This document shows positions 15,801 to 26,100 of a DNA stretch of 34,323 bases, piece after piece; position 1 is the stretch's first letter, and every line of letters starts with the position of its first letter. The notes beneath the pieces were generated by a model, which made no database searches, was not told where the DNA came from, and saw nothing but the letters and a program-made list of their open reading frames with translations. Made by a program: the position numbers and the translations under genes. This stretch comes from a virus (Duplodnaviria; Caudoviricetes): positions 1 through 34,323 of IMG/VR virus record IMGVR_UViG_3300006118_000025. One strand, 5' to 3'.

Positions 15801-16151
15801 ACACCAAATAATGATTATGATGATACAACTGGATTATTTGAAAAAAGCAGCACATATAGTCAATTTAGTGGCATCTATCGTGTTGCTGTAGTGACTAGCA
15901 ACTTTAGTCGTGGTAAATTTACACAAAAACTTTCTAATTATAGAGTGCGTAACCAAGCCCAACAAAACTCTACACCAGTTCGTAGTGATGGCACACCTAC
16001 TGTTCCTAGCCAAACACTTAATGCTGCTACACGTGGTGGCGAAAGTCCGCAAGCAGAATCACCAACACGCACTGCTGTGGCACCTACAACACAACCATCC
16101 AGCAACAGCACTAGCACTCCAAGTGGGACACATGAAGAGGACAGAAACTAA
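12897..16151 (+). CDS. Baseplate hub protein (gp27-like position) with a long low-complexity N-terminal region
   Basis: Lies between the gp53-like and gp5-like genes. The folded part starts at 'NKLHDYTNWTYRISIY', includes 'FDIIEPY', and ends with hub-like 'IVGDP.W' and 'FSGIYRVAVVTSNFSRGKFTQKL'. Confidence 0.6.
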   Translation: MPNNTLSPTGLTPQQQLDAANLQFKNKINQFVASGSGVISSDDVLNAKTAILNSGAYPALDIGSFGVSQTYGQPLTDINGNPVTTLPEFFIVGDGNSGAITPIRNNTWNGTPLLTNSGTVVSSDNAAQIAAAQDAAQSALQISQQTATQSSAAELVAAQTALQAARARVAALQAEADNTTPASTAPTSSSGTIAASDNANTKQGLQIDPQSATVAAQVAITDQQLAEQTAAAALAVQTQQKITADDGTNTAGSSGSGTSSSASSSNGGAVLTDAVAVTSNTKQPTTDEDNGSSGSGNGKTTATAPATDQTVTGGTSSDGTSGPYVNNGIYGGGSNNGATVITQGGAPKSDGVGGPYINNGSYGNGGGSTAIKTNKLHDYTNWTYRISIYGVPRDTINKIYSHSINPGNEYLIKQGGIFVAADGGGANEDRTYFPTDLSIDNLELKTIVNTNSGLTRATDVITLKFDIIEPYTVKFLAQLQIMAKALNPEPNFNWANSFFVMKIEFLGYDDSGKPVSPATNVATGQGEAIPGTTKYIPFTFVHIKYTLNSSGAIYSCQAIPANAIGLIGLYNTLPFHVEVKGSTIKDLFNGQLASTTEVQSYSTINEEKQITSTVTDSVAGNNTIVKAGLAEALNASEDEKVKQVDSNGQKVGQRLANRFEFEFDQEILNASIIDPTTFKDASIAIQGKDAADANVRKQASLGVLKLTTDSQAFRAASGTRITDFIGSIIGVSDYMTKQNTTSNHDNQPVKTWKITPVINFGNIDQGTGYYQTTIRWVVMPFVTYGNDNPGFGQAPVNQNQIVKQYKYLYSGDNRDVLDAKIEYNMAFFEIRNGVPNNYINKAQDNTGAGNGATSDTQLPTYNAGGYDAFADSRFFKPNYYYARGLANRQHTAPTGVSAQTIAVQELMEKLHDNRADMIQLDFTIVGDPDWISQDYFLIHPSQVGLGNYTGPNGSINYNNPVYFNFYFSTPNNDYDDTTGLFEKSSTYSQFSGIYRVAVVTSNFSRGKFTQKLSNYRVRNQAQQNSTPVRSDGTPTVPSQTLNAATRGGESPQAESPTRTAVAPTTQPSSNSTSTPSGTHEEDRN
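13845..14000 (+). repeat. Imperfect intragenic repeat (96-nt period): SDGTSGPYVNNGIYG / SDGVGGPYINNGSYG
   Basis: Units start at 13845 and 13941 and share GCGGACCTTAT. Confidence 0.6.
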
Positions 16152-19100
16152 TGACTACTGATACACACTTACAAAACAGTCGTAAATCACCTACATGGAC
16201 TGTGCATGAAAGCGCAGATAATGCTCGTGTTAGTCCTGGTCCTTATGTAGGTATTGTAAAAAACAACAGCGATCCTACACGCAGCGGCAAATTACAAGTT
16301 TATATTGCAGAGTTAGGTGGCGATGAAAACAGCGATAGCAGTTGGAAAACAGTTTCATATTGCACACCATTTTATGGACGCACAAATAAAGTTGACAACA
16401 AAGATTATGCAGGTCATTCACACAGTTATGGTATGTGGTTTGTGCCACCTGATATTGGTGTTAAGGTGCTATGCACATTTGCGCAAGGTAATCACGAAGT
16501 AGGTTTTTGGTTTGCATGCATACCTGATTTCTTAGAAAACTATAATTTACCTGGTATGGCAGGCAAGTTAGATGGCAGCAATCCTGCGCCACAAACTAAT
16601 GGTCCAGTTGATATATTAACAAAAGCCGATACTGAAAAAATTCCAAACGTGCCTGGCCAATTAGCACATGAATATCAAAAATCTATTTGGGATGCGCAGC
16701 ATTTAACAACTGATCCTGATCGTGGACCTGGCACATCTAGCAGTATGCGTGAAGCACCATCTAATGTATTTGGTATTTCAACACCTGGTCAACCACTAGA
16801 CCCTAATGATCCGCAGTATTATACAGAACAACGTGGTAATGATAGTATAAATGAATGGGGTGTGCGTGGTCGCAAAGGCGGTCACACATTCATTATGGAT
16901 GATGGTGACGCCAAAGGCAATAATCAAATCTACAGACTACGCAGCAGCAAAGGTCATATGATTTTGATGAATGACACTAAAGATTTCATTTATGTAATCA
17001 ATAGTAAAGGTACAGCATGGGTAGAAATTAATGCTGCTGGCGATATTAATGTGTTTAATCAAGGCACACTAAACATATCTTCTAATGGCGGCATGAATCT
17101 AGAAACCAAAGGCGATCTAAAACTACATGGCAAAACAGTTAATATAGTAAGTGATGGCGCATTTAATATGCAAGCCACAGAGTTTAATATGTTAGCAAGC
17201 GGTAGTCTTAAAATGACTGCAAAAAGCGATGTGCATGTTGTTGCTAAAAAAAGTTTATATTTAACTGCTAAAAACTGTCTTGAGATACGAGCCGACCAAC
17301 ATATTGATATGGATGCTGCTTGTATTTCACAACAACCTGGCTCAACAAAAAGTGGTAGTGATGCTAGTGGCGCAGAAACACCTAAGAGTATGCCTAGTAT
17401 TGAGCCATGGAGCGGTCACAACGCACCTACTAATCCACAAAGCCAACCACCACGCGGTAGTCAACAAGGTCTGCCTAGCAGCGGCAGCAGCGGTCCTTAT
17501 GGTGCTACTAACAATTTTGGTAGCAGTAACGTGCAAGACAGTTATGGACCTATGGCTAATAATATACCGCCTGTGATTTATGCTGCTGGTCTTGCTAATT
17601 TCTTTGGTCAAGGTCATAGCAGCGGTGGTTATAGTGGTGGTGTAAGCAACGGCGTGCCTTATCAACAAACTACACAATCAGTTGGTAATACAAGTGGATT
17701 GCCATTTGGTGGCGGTATTTCATTTGATGCTGCACGAGTAAGTGAAGGCAACAGCGATCCTAATTATACCACAGGCGAACTACAAAACAATCCAGGCAAT
17801 TTGACTTATAACGAAAGCGATAAGTTTGCTGTTGGTTTTGCTAATGGTCTAGCAGTTTATGCACGACCAGAAGATGGCATTACACAACTGTGCTTGGAAT
17901 TTATTAGTTATAATACTAACACTAGCATTCGTGCTATAGATTTAATTGTAAGTTACTTAAATGCTACTAGCGTTAATGATCCAAATGTTCTAGACATGAC
18001 ACGTTATATGTGCAATAATAATGGTTTAAGCAGCAGTAATTATGTAGCACTTAGCGATGCTCTAACGCTGCTAGGTTGGGCTACTAATGTAATATCCTAT
18101 AATCAAGGTCGTGTGCTGTATAGTTTTGATCAGGTTGTAAATGGTTGTGCTGCTTCACTTGGTATTGATTATGCTACTTTTGTAGGCAGATTGAATAACA
18201 GCAGTCTGCCATGGCAAAACAACAATAACAATAGCGGATTTGTAAGTCCTACTAACAGTTCAGTTAATAATAATGGCGCAAGTCCGCTTACACAAATTTT
18301 GGGTGGATTAGCACTAGGTGCTGCTGTTGGTGGTATTGTAAATTATCTATCACAATCTAATGGCGGTAATGGTTCGCAGCAATCACAATCAAATGTTATT
18401 AGTGTAAGCGATGCTAACGCTGCACGTAGATATCTAGAAGAACATCCTGAAACTGCTAGTGGCACTACATTCAAACTAGCAGATGGTAGTTCCTTTACGC
18501 TAGGCGGCGGCAGCGTGCAATTTGCTGATGATAGCAGTGCTGCAACAGTTAATAGCGGTGGTGGTGGCACTAACACTACTACTACTAAGTCTGCTGATGA
18601 TCCTAGTAGCGTTCCTAGCACAAACACAAACGCTTACACAAGTGAAAGTTCAAATGTTGCTGAACGCAATTTCTTACTATCACAAACTACTAGCAATAGT
18701 GCACCAGATACATCATATAAAGCACCACAAACAAGTGAATTAGCAACTGATAATTTGATTAAAACATTAGGTAATAGCGGTAGCACAAATGGAAACGCAA
18801 AATCTATACTTTCTATAGGTCCATATCAAGATATTTTGTCAATTGATAATCAAACTGGTGATGTTACACTAGCATCTAAACAGTCAAGTGTTGATACTAC
18901 ACCTAACCGTGATACAGTTCCGTTAACTGATCCTAGCCTACCACCACTAAGTAGTTTTGATGGCGCAAAGCCTGCGCCTAATATTCCACTGCCAACGGCT
19001 AGACCTACGGACTTAAATCAAGCACCAATACAAAGTCCACTTCAAGGTCTTGATCCAGCACTGGCTACTGATGCTAGCACTATACCACTTGATCCTGGTA

Positions 19101-19297
19101 TTGCTGCCGCAGCAAGTAATGCAAGATACGAAGCATCGTTAAATGCACCAGCACTCACATACAGCCCACGCACTAATGAAGTTGTGCCGATTACTGGAAC
19201 TGCGCCTGGTGCTGGTAGTGGCAGCACAGCACCAAGTGGTGGCTCACCTACGCCTGGCGGCAGTGCTGCTAGTGGTGGCAGTGCAAATGGATGTTAA
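16151..19297 (+). CDS. Baseplate central spike, gp5/VgrG-like, with extended C-terminus
   Basis: N-terminal OB-fold pattern ('VKNNSDPTRSGKLQVYI', 'YGMWFVPPDIGVKVLCTF'), then 'GHTFIMDDG...RLRSSKGHMILMND' and ~8-residue beta-helix repeats. TAATG-coupled to the upstream gene and followed by gp25. Confidence 0.8.
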   Translation: MTTDTHLQNSRKSPTWTVHESADNARVSPGPYVGIVKNNSDPTRSGKLQVYIAELGGDENSDSSWKTVSYCTPFYGRTNKVDNKDYAGHSHSYGMWFVPPDIGVKVLCTFAQGNHEVGFWFACIPDFLENYNLPGMAGKLDGSNPAPQTNGPVDILTKADTEKIPNVPGQLAHEYQKSIWDAQHLTTDPDRGPGTSSSMREAPSNVFGISTPGQPLDPNDPQYYTEQRGNDSINEWGVRGRKGGHTFIMDDGDAKGNNQIYRLRSSKGHMILMNDTKDFIYVINSKGTAWVEINAAGDINVFNQGTLNISSNGGMNLETKGDLKLHGKTVNIVSDGAFNMQATEFNMLASGSLKMTAKSDVHVVAKKSLYLTAKNCLEIRADQHIDMDAACISQQPGSTKSGSDASGAETPKSMPSIEPWSGHNAPTNPQSQPPRGSQQGLPSSGSSGPYGATNNFGSSNVQDSYGPMANNIPPVIYAAGLANFFGQGHSSGGYSGGVSNGVPYQQTTQSVGNTSGLPFGGGISFDAARVSEGNSDPNYTTGELQNNPGNLTYNESDKFAVGFANGLAVYARPEDGITQLCLEFISYNTNTSIRAIDLIVSYLNATSVNDPNVLDMTRYMCNNNGLSSSNYVALSDALTLLGWATNVISYNQGRVLYSFDQVVNGCAASLGIDYATFVGRLNNSSLPWQNNNNNSGFVSPTNSSVNNNGASPLTQILGGLALGAAVGGIVNYLSQSNGGNGSQQSQSNVISVSDANAARRYLEEHPETASGTTFKLADGSSFTLGGGSVQFADDSSAATVNSGGGGTNTTTTKSADDPSSVPSTNTNAYTSESSNVAERNFLLSQTTSNSAPDTSYKAPQTSELATDNLIKTLGNSGSTNGNAKSILSIGPYQDILSIDNQTGDVTLASKQSSVDTTPNRDTVPLTDPSLPPLSSFDGAKPAPNIPLPTARPTDLNQAPIQSPLQGLDPALATDASTIPLDPGIAAAASNARYEASLNAPALTYSPRTNEVVPITGTAPGAGSGSTAPSGGSPTPGGSAASGGSANGC

Positions 19298-19302
19298 ATA
19301 TT
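19295..19302 (+). promoter_or_regulatory. Putative late promoter TAAATATT before gp25
   Basis: TAAATA at 19295-19300; ATG at 19306 is 5 nt downstream. Confidence 0.5.
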
Positions 19303-19305
19303 AAC

Positions 19306-19692
19306 ATGGCTGTATATAAAGGTTATTCCACAATAAATCGTGATTTTGGTCCTGTTAGTATTAGCGATAATGATTTGATCGTGCAAGATTTCTTGAATCA
19401 TTTATCTATACGCAAAGGCGAGAAGTTACATAATCCTAACTTTGGCACTATTATTTGGAACAGATTATTTGATCCACTTACGCCAGCACTTAAGTTAGAA
19501 ATAAAAAATGATATTGATAATTTAATTGCTTATGATCCACGATTTAATATAGTATCACAAACAGTAGTTCAAGAATCACCTGATGGTCGTGGTCTATTGC
19601 TAAACTTTTCGCTAAGTTTTGCAACTGACAATAAAATTGCAGACCTACAAGTGCTGTTTGACAAGAGTTCAAATAAACTATATGTAGTATAA
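19306..19692 (+). CDS. gp25: Baseplate wedge subunit / sheath initiator, gp25-like
   Basis: 'RKGEKLHNPNFGTIIWNRLFDPL...YDPR' is the gp25/GPW family signature. Start MAVYKGYST at 19306 is preferred over 19291. Confidence 0.88.
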   Translation: MAVYKGYSTINRDFGPVSISDNDLIVQDFLNHLSIRKGEKLHNPNFGTIIWNRLFDPLTPALKLEIKNDIDNLIAYDPRFNIVSQTVVQESPDGRGLLLNFSLSFATDNKIADLQVLFDKSSNKLYVV

Positions 19693-19712
19693 TATCAGCA
19701 CTTTATTAAACA

Positions 19713-19722
19713 AATAAATATT
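19713..19722 (+). promoter_or_regulatory. Putative late promoter AATAAATATT before gp6
   Basis: The same 10-mer as at 11517-11526; ATG at 19727 is 6 nt after TAAATA. Confidence 0.55.
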
Positions 19723-19726
19723 ATTA

Positions 19727-22700
19727 ATGGCTACAAACACTCGTCAAAGTAATATCTTCGCAGCAGAAGATTGGAAAAAAATTTATACTACTTTCAGCAA
19801 CGCTGACTTTCAAAGTTATGACTTTGAAACGCTGCGCAAGGTTATGGTTGATTATATCAAAACCTATTACAGCGAAGACTTTAATGATTTTATTGAAAGC
19901 AGCGAATATGTAGCACTACTAGATTTAATTGCATTTATGGGTCAAAGCGTTGCTTTCCGCACAGACTTAAATGCTCGTGAAAATTTTCTTGATACAGCAG
20001 AACGTCGTGATAGTGTTCTTAAACTTGTAAAACAATTAAATTATGTGCCTAACCGCAACGTTGCTGCTAGTGGCTTGCTTAAAATTATAAGCATTAATAC
20101 CAGTGAAAACATTTTTGATATTAACGGTGCTAACCTAAGTCGTGTTGCTGTAAATTGGAATGACCCAAACAATCCTAATTGGGTAAGCCAATTTACACAA
20201 ATCATGAATGCGGCTATTAGCAAATCAACTAAAATTGGCAAACCTTATGCTAGCAAAACTATTAATGGTATTAAAACAGAACAATATAATATTGCTGTGC
20301 CTAATACTATTCTACCGCTGTTTAGTTTTGCTAATGTTATTAATGATGTGCCTACAAGTTTTGAGGTTGTTAGTGCTAATATCTTAAACACAGATACTAT
20401 TAGCGAATATGATCCTGGCAATCGTGGTCAGTTTGGTATCATTTATCAAAATGATAGTCGTGGTAATGCTAGTGCAAATACAGGTTTCTTTATTCACTTC
20501 AAGCAAGGCTCACTAAATTCTACTGATTTTATTATTACAGAAAAAGTTGCTAATCGTGTATTTGGTATTGATGTTCAAAATATTAATAACAGCGATGTTT
20601 GGTTATATGAAATTACTAATGGTTCTATAGGTAACGAATGGACAAAGGTGCCTGCTATTGCTGGCAGCAGCGCAATTTATAACAGCCTAGCACGCAGCGT
20701 TCGCACAATTTATAGTGTTAATACACGCATCAACGATCAAATTGATTTGATATTTGGCGATGGCAGTTTTGCTGATATTCCATATGGCACTTATCGTGCT
20801 TACTATCGTGTTAGTAATGGATTGACTTATCGTATCACACCTAGTGATATGAGCAGCGTAAATGTTGCTATACCTTATATTGATAGTAGTGGCAAGCCAC
20901 AAACACTTACACTTAATGTAAGTCTTCAATATACAGTAAGCAATAGTTCACGCCGTGATTTAACAAGTGAAATCAAACAAAAAGCACCACAGGCTTATTA
21001 CACACAAAACCGCATGGTAAATGGTGAAGATTATAACACACTACCATATACAAATTACAGCGATATTGTTAAAGTAAAAAGTGTAAATCGTTTTGCTAGT
21101 GGCGTAAGTCGTGGTTTAGATATTGTTGATCCTACTGGCAAATATACTTCTACTGATTTATATGGTCGTGATGGTGTATTTTATAAAAACAGTTATACAC
21201 AAACACTTAATTTCACTTATAACAGTCGTAATGATATTATTAGTGTAATTAATAATCAGATTCTACCAATCATTCAAAACTTTCCTATGCGTCATTTCTA
21301 CTATGAGAATTATACGCCACTGGATTTTACAACGATTGAACCTACTATTTGGAATCGCAGCACAAATGATACTGTAACTAGCACAGGTTTCTTCCTAGAC
21401 CCAAATAATTTAAGTAATGGTCCGCAGCAAATTGGCAACAGCACAGCAAACTATCGCAAGTTTTTACAGATTGGCAGTTTGATTAAGTTTGTGCCGCCAA
21501 GTGGTTATTATTTTGATGCTAGCAATACACTTGTTGCTGGCACTCCTACACTTAGCAGCGATAAGATGCATATCTGGGCTTCAATACAAAATATCGTAGG
21601 CACAGGTGCTACTACTGTGTTGGTTGCTGGTCGCAATATTGGTGCAGTTACACTAAGTGAAAACATACCTAGTAATGCTATTGTAAGTTCAGTTTATGCG
21701 CCATTTGCTACTAACTTCTTATCTACTACTGTGTCTACACTTATCACTTATATACTTTCTAAAACACAGTTTGCACTCATTTATGATTATAACAAAACTG
21801 CTGGCGTTAATGACCCGTGGACAATTATACCTTATAGCAGCGTAGATAGTGTTGATCCATTTAATTTAATCACACAATACAGCAACAGCGATAGCAGTTG
21901 GATATTACTGTTCACTACAGACAATATAAAATATACTGTAACTTATCGCCAACTTGACTTTGTATTTGGCAGCGCATCACAAGTAGCATTTATTACAACT
22001 ACGCCACAACTTGTTTATGATGCTGCTACAAATACACTAGTGCGTGATACTGTGCGACTACCCACTATTAACAGCAATTTAGCAAGTGAAGTTGTGCTAA
22101 ATGTTTATAAAAACTACACTACCAGTGATGGTTATAATGATAGCACACAAGTTTATGTAACTTATCCTATTAGCAATACTAGTGGTTTGCCTACTGATCC
22201 ACAAATTTTTAGTGAAGTATCTACGGTTGCTAGCAACCTTGTGTTTTATAGTCAATATGTAGATACCGATAATCTGCTGCGTTATAAACTGGTTCCTACT
22301 GGCGGCATTGTAGCACTTTACCACACTTATACAGATATTAACTATGTGCGCAACAATTATACTAGCGGCACAGTATTCTATGCGCTGGTTGATCAGATTT
22401 TTTATCAAATCCAAAGTATAAATGGTATTGCTACAATTGTTAATGTAAACACAAAATATCGTGTATATTATGGTCGCCAAAACTTAATTTTTGAATATCA
22501 ACATAATGCAGAAAATACTCGTCGTTTAGACCCTGCTGCTACAAACTTAATTGATTCTTATATTCTTACTCGTTCTTATGATGAAAGTTATCGTAACTAT
22601 GTGTATGATAATACTGGCACAGTTGCTAAACCTGCTGATTTAGATACAGTTCAATTGAATAACAGTTATAGTGGATTGTTCAATTATAAGATGCTTAGTG

Positions 22701-23119
22701 ATGAACTTGTGCTAAATGCTGGCGTATATAAGTTGTTGTTTGGTGCAAAAGCAGATGTAATGCTACAAGCAAATTTTCAAGTAGTTAAAAATGTAACAAC
22801 TACACTAAGTGATACAGAAATCAAGAGTAAAGTAATTGATACTATTAACTCATATTTTAGTTTAGATAATTGGGATTTTGGTGATACATTCTACTTTAGT
22901 GAATTGGCTGCTTATCTGCATCAACAGTTAAGTGATTATATCAGCAGCGTTATACTGCTGCCTGTAAGCGCACAAAGTTATTTTGGTAGTTTATATGAAA
23001 TACGTTGCCAACCTAATGAAATTTTCTTAAGTGCAGCAACAGTCGATAATGTTCAAATTGTTCAAAGTGTTCTAAGTGGTATCAATAGCGCAGGCTTACC
23101 GCTTTATCAGGGTTATTAA
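19727..23119 (+). CDS. gp6: Baseplate wedge subunit, gp6-like (extended)
   Basis: 'YDFETLRKVMVDYIK...FNDFIESS...LLDLIA...ENFLDTAERRDSVLKL...Y.P', 'LIFGDG' and 'APQAYYTQNRMVNGEDY' are gp6/baseplate-J motifs; follows gp25. Confidence 0.88.
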   Translation: MATNTRQSNIFAAEDWKKIYTTFSNADFQSYDFETLRKVMVDYIKTYYSEDFNDFIESSEYVALLDLIAFMGQSVAFRTDLNARENFLDTAERRDSVLKLVKQLNYVPNRNVAASGLLKIISINTSENIFDINGANLSRVAVNWNDPNNPNWVSQFTQIMNAAISKSTKIGKPYASKTINGIKTEQYNIAVPNTILPLFSFANVINDVPTSFEVVSANILNTDTISEYDPGNRGQFGIIYQNDSRGNASANTGFFIHFKQGSLNSTDFIITEKVANRVFGIDVQNINNSDVWLYEITNGSIGNEWTKVPAIAGSSAIYNSLARSVRTIYSVNTRINDQIDLIFGDGSFADIPYGTYRAYYRVSNGLTYRITPSDMSSVNVAIPYIDSSGKPQTLTLNVSLQYTVSNSSRRDLTSEIKQKAPQAYYTQNRMVNGEDYNTLPYTNYSDIVKVKSVNRFASGVSRGLDIVDPTGKYTSTDLYGRDGVFYKNSYTQTLNFTYNSRNDIISVINNQILPIIQNFPMRHFYYENYTPLDFTTIEPTIWNRSTNDTVTSTGFFLDPNNLSNGPQQIGNSTANYRKFLQIGSLIKFVPPSGYYFDASNTLVAGTPTLSSDKMHIWASIQNIVGTGATTVLVAGRNIGAVTLSENIPSNAIVSSVYAPFATNFLSTTVSTLITYILSKTQFALIYDYNKTAGVNDPWTIIPYSSVDSVDPFNLITQYSNSDSSWILLFTTDNIKYTVTYRQLDFVFGSASQVAFITTTPQLVYDAATNTLVRDTVRLPTINSNLASEVVLNVYKNYTTSDGYNDSTQVYVTYPISNTSGLPTDPQIFSEVSTVASNLVFYSQYVDTDNLLRYKLVPTGGIVALYHTYTDINYVRNNYTSGTVFYALVDQIFYQIQSINGIATIVNVNTKYRVYYGRQNLIFEYQHNAENTRRLDPAATNLIDSYILTRSYDESYRNYVYDNTGTVAKPADLDTVQLNNSYSGLFNYKMLSDELVLNAGVYKLLFGAKADVMLQANFQVVKNVTTTLSDTEIKSKVIDTINSYFSLDNWDFGDTFYFSELAAYLHQQLSDYISSVILLPVSAQSYFGSLYEIRCQPNEIFLSAATVDNVQIVQSVLSGINSAGLPLYQGY

Positions 23120-23122
23120 TAA

Positions 23123-26100
23123 ATGGCAAATAGTCGTAAGAGTATAAATTTTCTACCAAAAGCATTCCAAACTTTAGGCAATCAACGTTTTCTTAATGCC
23201 ACAGTTGATCCGCTTATACAAGAACCACAACTTAAAAAAATGTATGGTTATATTGGTCAGCAAGATCAAAGCCCTGTTTACAATACTAGTGATTATTATA
23301 TTAATGAAAATGATAGTTATAGTCAGTTTTATCAGTTAGAGCCAGGCGTTGTTATTAACAAGCGTCAGTTAGGCACAAACACTTATAAAGTTAATAATGT
23401 TTACAACTATATTGATATTCTGAATCAAATTAGCAGCGATGGCGGATTAAACAACAATCATGATAGATTGTTTACAAATCGTTATTACAGTTATAATGGT
23501 TTTATTGATCTAGACAAGTTAACAAACTATCGTCAATACTATTGGGTGCCAGGTGGACCGCTTACTGTTGATGTTACTGCAAATAATACTAATACTGTAA
23601 ATGATTTTTATATTCATCGCAACAGTTATATTACTAATAATGAAACAGAACTTCAAAGCGCATCACTAGGTCAAACAGGTTTTGCCGTTGATGGCTATAA
23701 TAATACTGTAAATCCTACTATCACACTTGATCGTGGCGGCAGTTATAATTTTCATGTTAATCAAAGCACTAATTTTTGGATTCAAACCGAAACAGGTGTT
23801 AGTGGAACAAGCACAGTTCAAAACAACATTTCAACACGCGATGTGCTAGGTGTATCAAACAACGGTTCAGGTAGTGGCACTATTACATTTACTGTGCCGC
23901 TGCGCACAGCACAAGATTATTTGATTAACTATCCTACTATTTCACAAAATGTCGATATTATTGTAGATAACATTACCTATGACCAAATGCAAGGGGTGAA
24001 TTACGATAACTTTATTCTGCAATATGCACTTGATGGCGTGCGTGCATTTGATGGAAAGTTTATAGTCTTTACTTCACTTACTGGCTTTACTGATGTAGAC
24101 GCTACACAATATCATGGCGTATGGCAAGTCAACGTGCAAAGTGACAGAACTATGCACTTAACTTATATTGCTGATTGGGCTAACCTATCAAAAGTTTTTG
24201 TAAGTCAAGGCGATGTGTATGGTCACGTGTTTGTTTACAAAGATCAACTAGGAACTATTACTAAGTTCCCTACACTTAGCGCAGCACAAGATGTGTTGTA
24301 TTACTGCGATGGCAGCAATCCACTTGTATATGGAACTATACAATTGGTTGATCCTACACCAAATAGTTTGTTAAATGTTAATGATATCATAGGTCGTGAC
24401 TACTATACAAGTCCTAATGGCGTACAATTTACAAGTGGTTTGAAAGTAAAGTTTACTGGTCTTGTTGTGCCTAATGAATATCTTAATAATGAATATATTG
24501 TTGAAGGCGTGGGCAGCAGTATTAAGTTAATAAAATATAACGAGTTAGTTACACCTGAAATCATTAATACAAATCTAGGTAGTAGCTTTGGTAATAGTCG
24601 TGGCTATGATGCTAGCGGCACAGGATATGATGGCACTAGCAACAGTCCAGAAGAAAAAGATTATATTACTATTAACCGTGCTAGTGTTGATGGCAATAGT
24701 TGGAGCCGCAATAATCGTTGGTTCCACCGTGATGTGTTGCAAGCCGCAGCAAATTATAATAATGTAAGTTATAGTTTTGATGCTACTTCACAAGCAAAAC
24801 GCCCTATTGTAGAATTTTTACCTAACTTAAAATTGTTTAATTACGGCACCAATTATCGTGGTAGTATTACATGTGCTGATAGCACTACTACAAGTCCGCT
24901 GTCACAGGTAGAAGGTTTAAACAGTTATGCTATAAAGACAAATAATGTCTACAACAGCGATGGAATACAGTTGCTAAATGATGTAACTGTGCTATTCAAA
25001 AATGCAAGCGATCCTACTATTCGTTCTACACTTTATCGTGTGCAGAATAACAAAACACGTGCTAGCGCAACATATAGTTATAACACATATTCTTTTAGTG
25101 CTAGTGGCAGCAAAACGCTTTATATTAACAATCTAGGCAGTTTGGCTATTGGTCAGCATGTGACTGGCGTTGGCATACCGCAAAACACTACAATCGTTTC
25201 TATTGATACTGTTAATGTTAACGTTACTATTAGTAATGCAATTACTAGTGATATTCCTAGTGGCAATAATATTAATTTTGATAATTCATATGACCAAGTT
25301 CATCTAGTGCCTATCAAAAGTTTTGTTGATGGCGATACTATTATTGTTATGGAAGGTCTAGTTGATCAAGGCAATATGTATTATTACTACAACAACTATT
25401 GGCATTTAGCACAAGTTCGCAATAGTCGTCCGCAGTTTCCGCTGTTTGATATCATAGATTCAAACGGTATTAGTTTAAGCAATACAACAAATTATCCAAG
25501 TTCAAACTTTGCTGGCAATCAATTATTTGGTTATAAAATTGGCAGCGGCACACGTGATAGCGAACTAGGTTTTGCACTTACATATAAAAGTATTGGCAAT
25601 CTAGGTGATATTGTTTTTGAAAACTTCTATGAAACTGATACATTTGATTACAACTTAAATCAAGTTGACCAAGTTCGTAATATCAACAGCGGCTATGCTG
25701 CTGTTATATCTAGTTGGAATAATTATAGTTTTGCTAATGGTTGGTATCGTGTAAGTGATAAAAGCAAACAGTATATTGCGCAATCTTTCACAACAACCGC
25801 CGTATCAATAAACAATTTTGACCTTAAGACTGTGTATTCTAATAGTTTTTATGAAACAAATTTGTTTGTTTATGTTAATGGTATACTGCAACCTATTACT
25901 AATTATAAACTTACTACAAATAACACAACTTCTGTGCTAGTGTTTAACAACGATCTGGCTGTAGGTGATCGTGTATTTGTTAAGATTTATGGCACTACAC
26001 AAAACTATAACACAACTTATACTATGCCAAAAAATCTCACTAATAACAGTGAGAACACAGAATTTTCTACTATTACACTAGGACAGTTACGCAACCACTT

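Noticed and set aside
13112-19227. Antisense and alternate-frame ORFs of 60-120 aa within the hub and gp5 genes
   Set aside because: They are shadows of low-complexity, codon-biased sense genes, with no motifs or initiation signals.
1-23119. None of the called genes ends in TAG, raising possible TAG reassignment
   Set aside because: All genes are full length in the standard code, with no in-frame TAG interruptions; TAG avoidance is expected in AT-rich phages.
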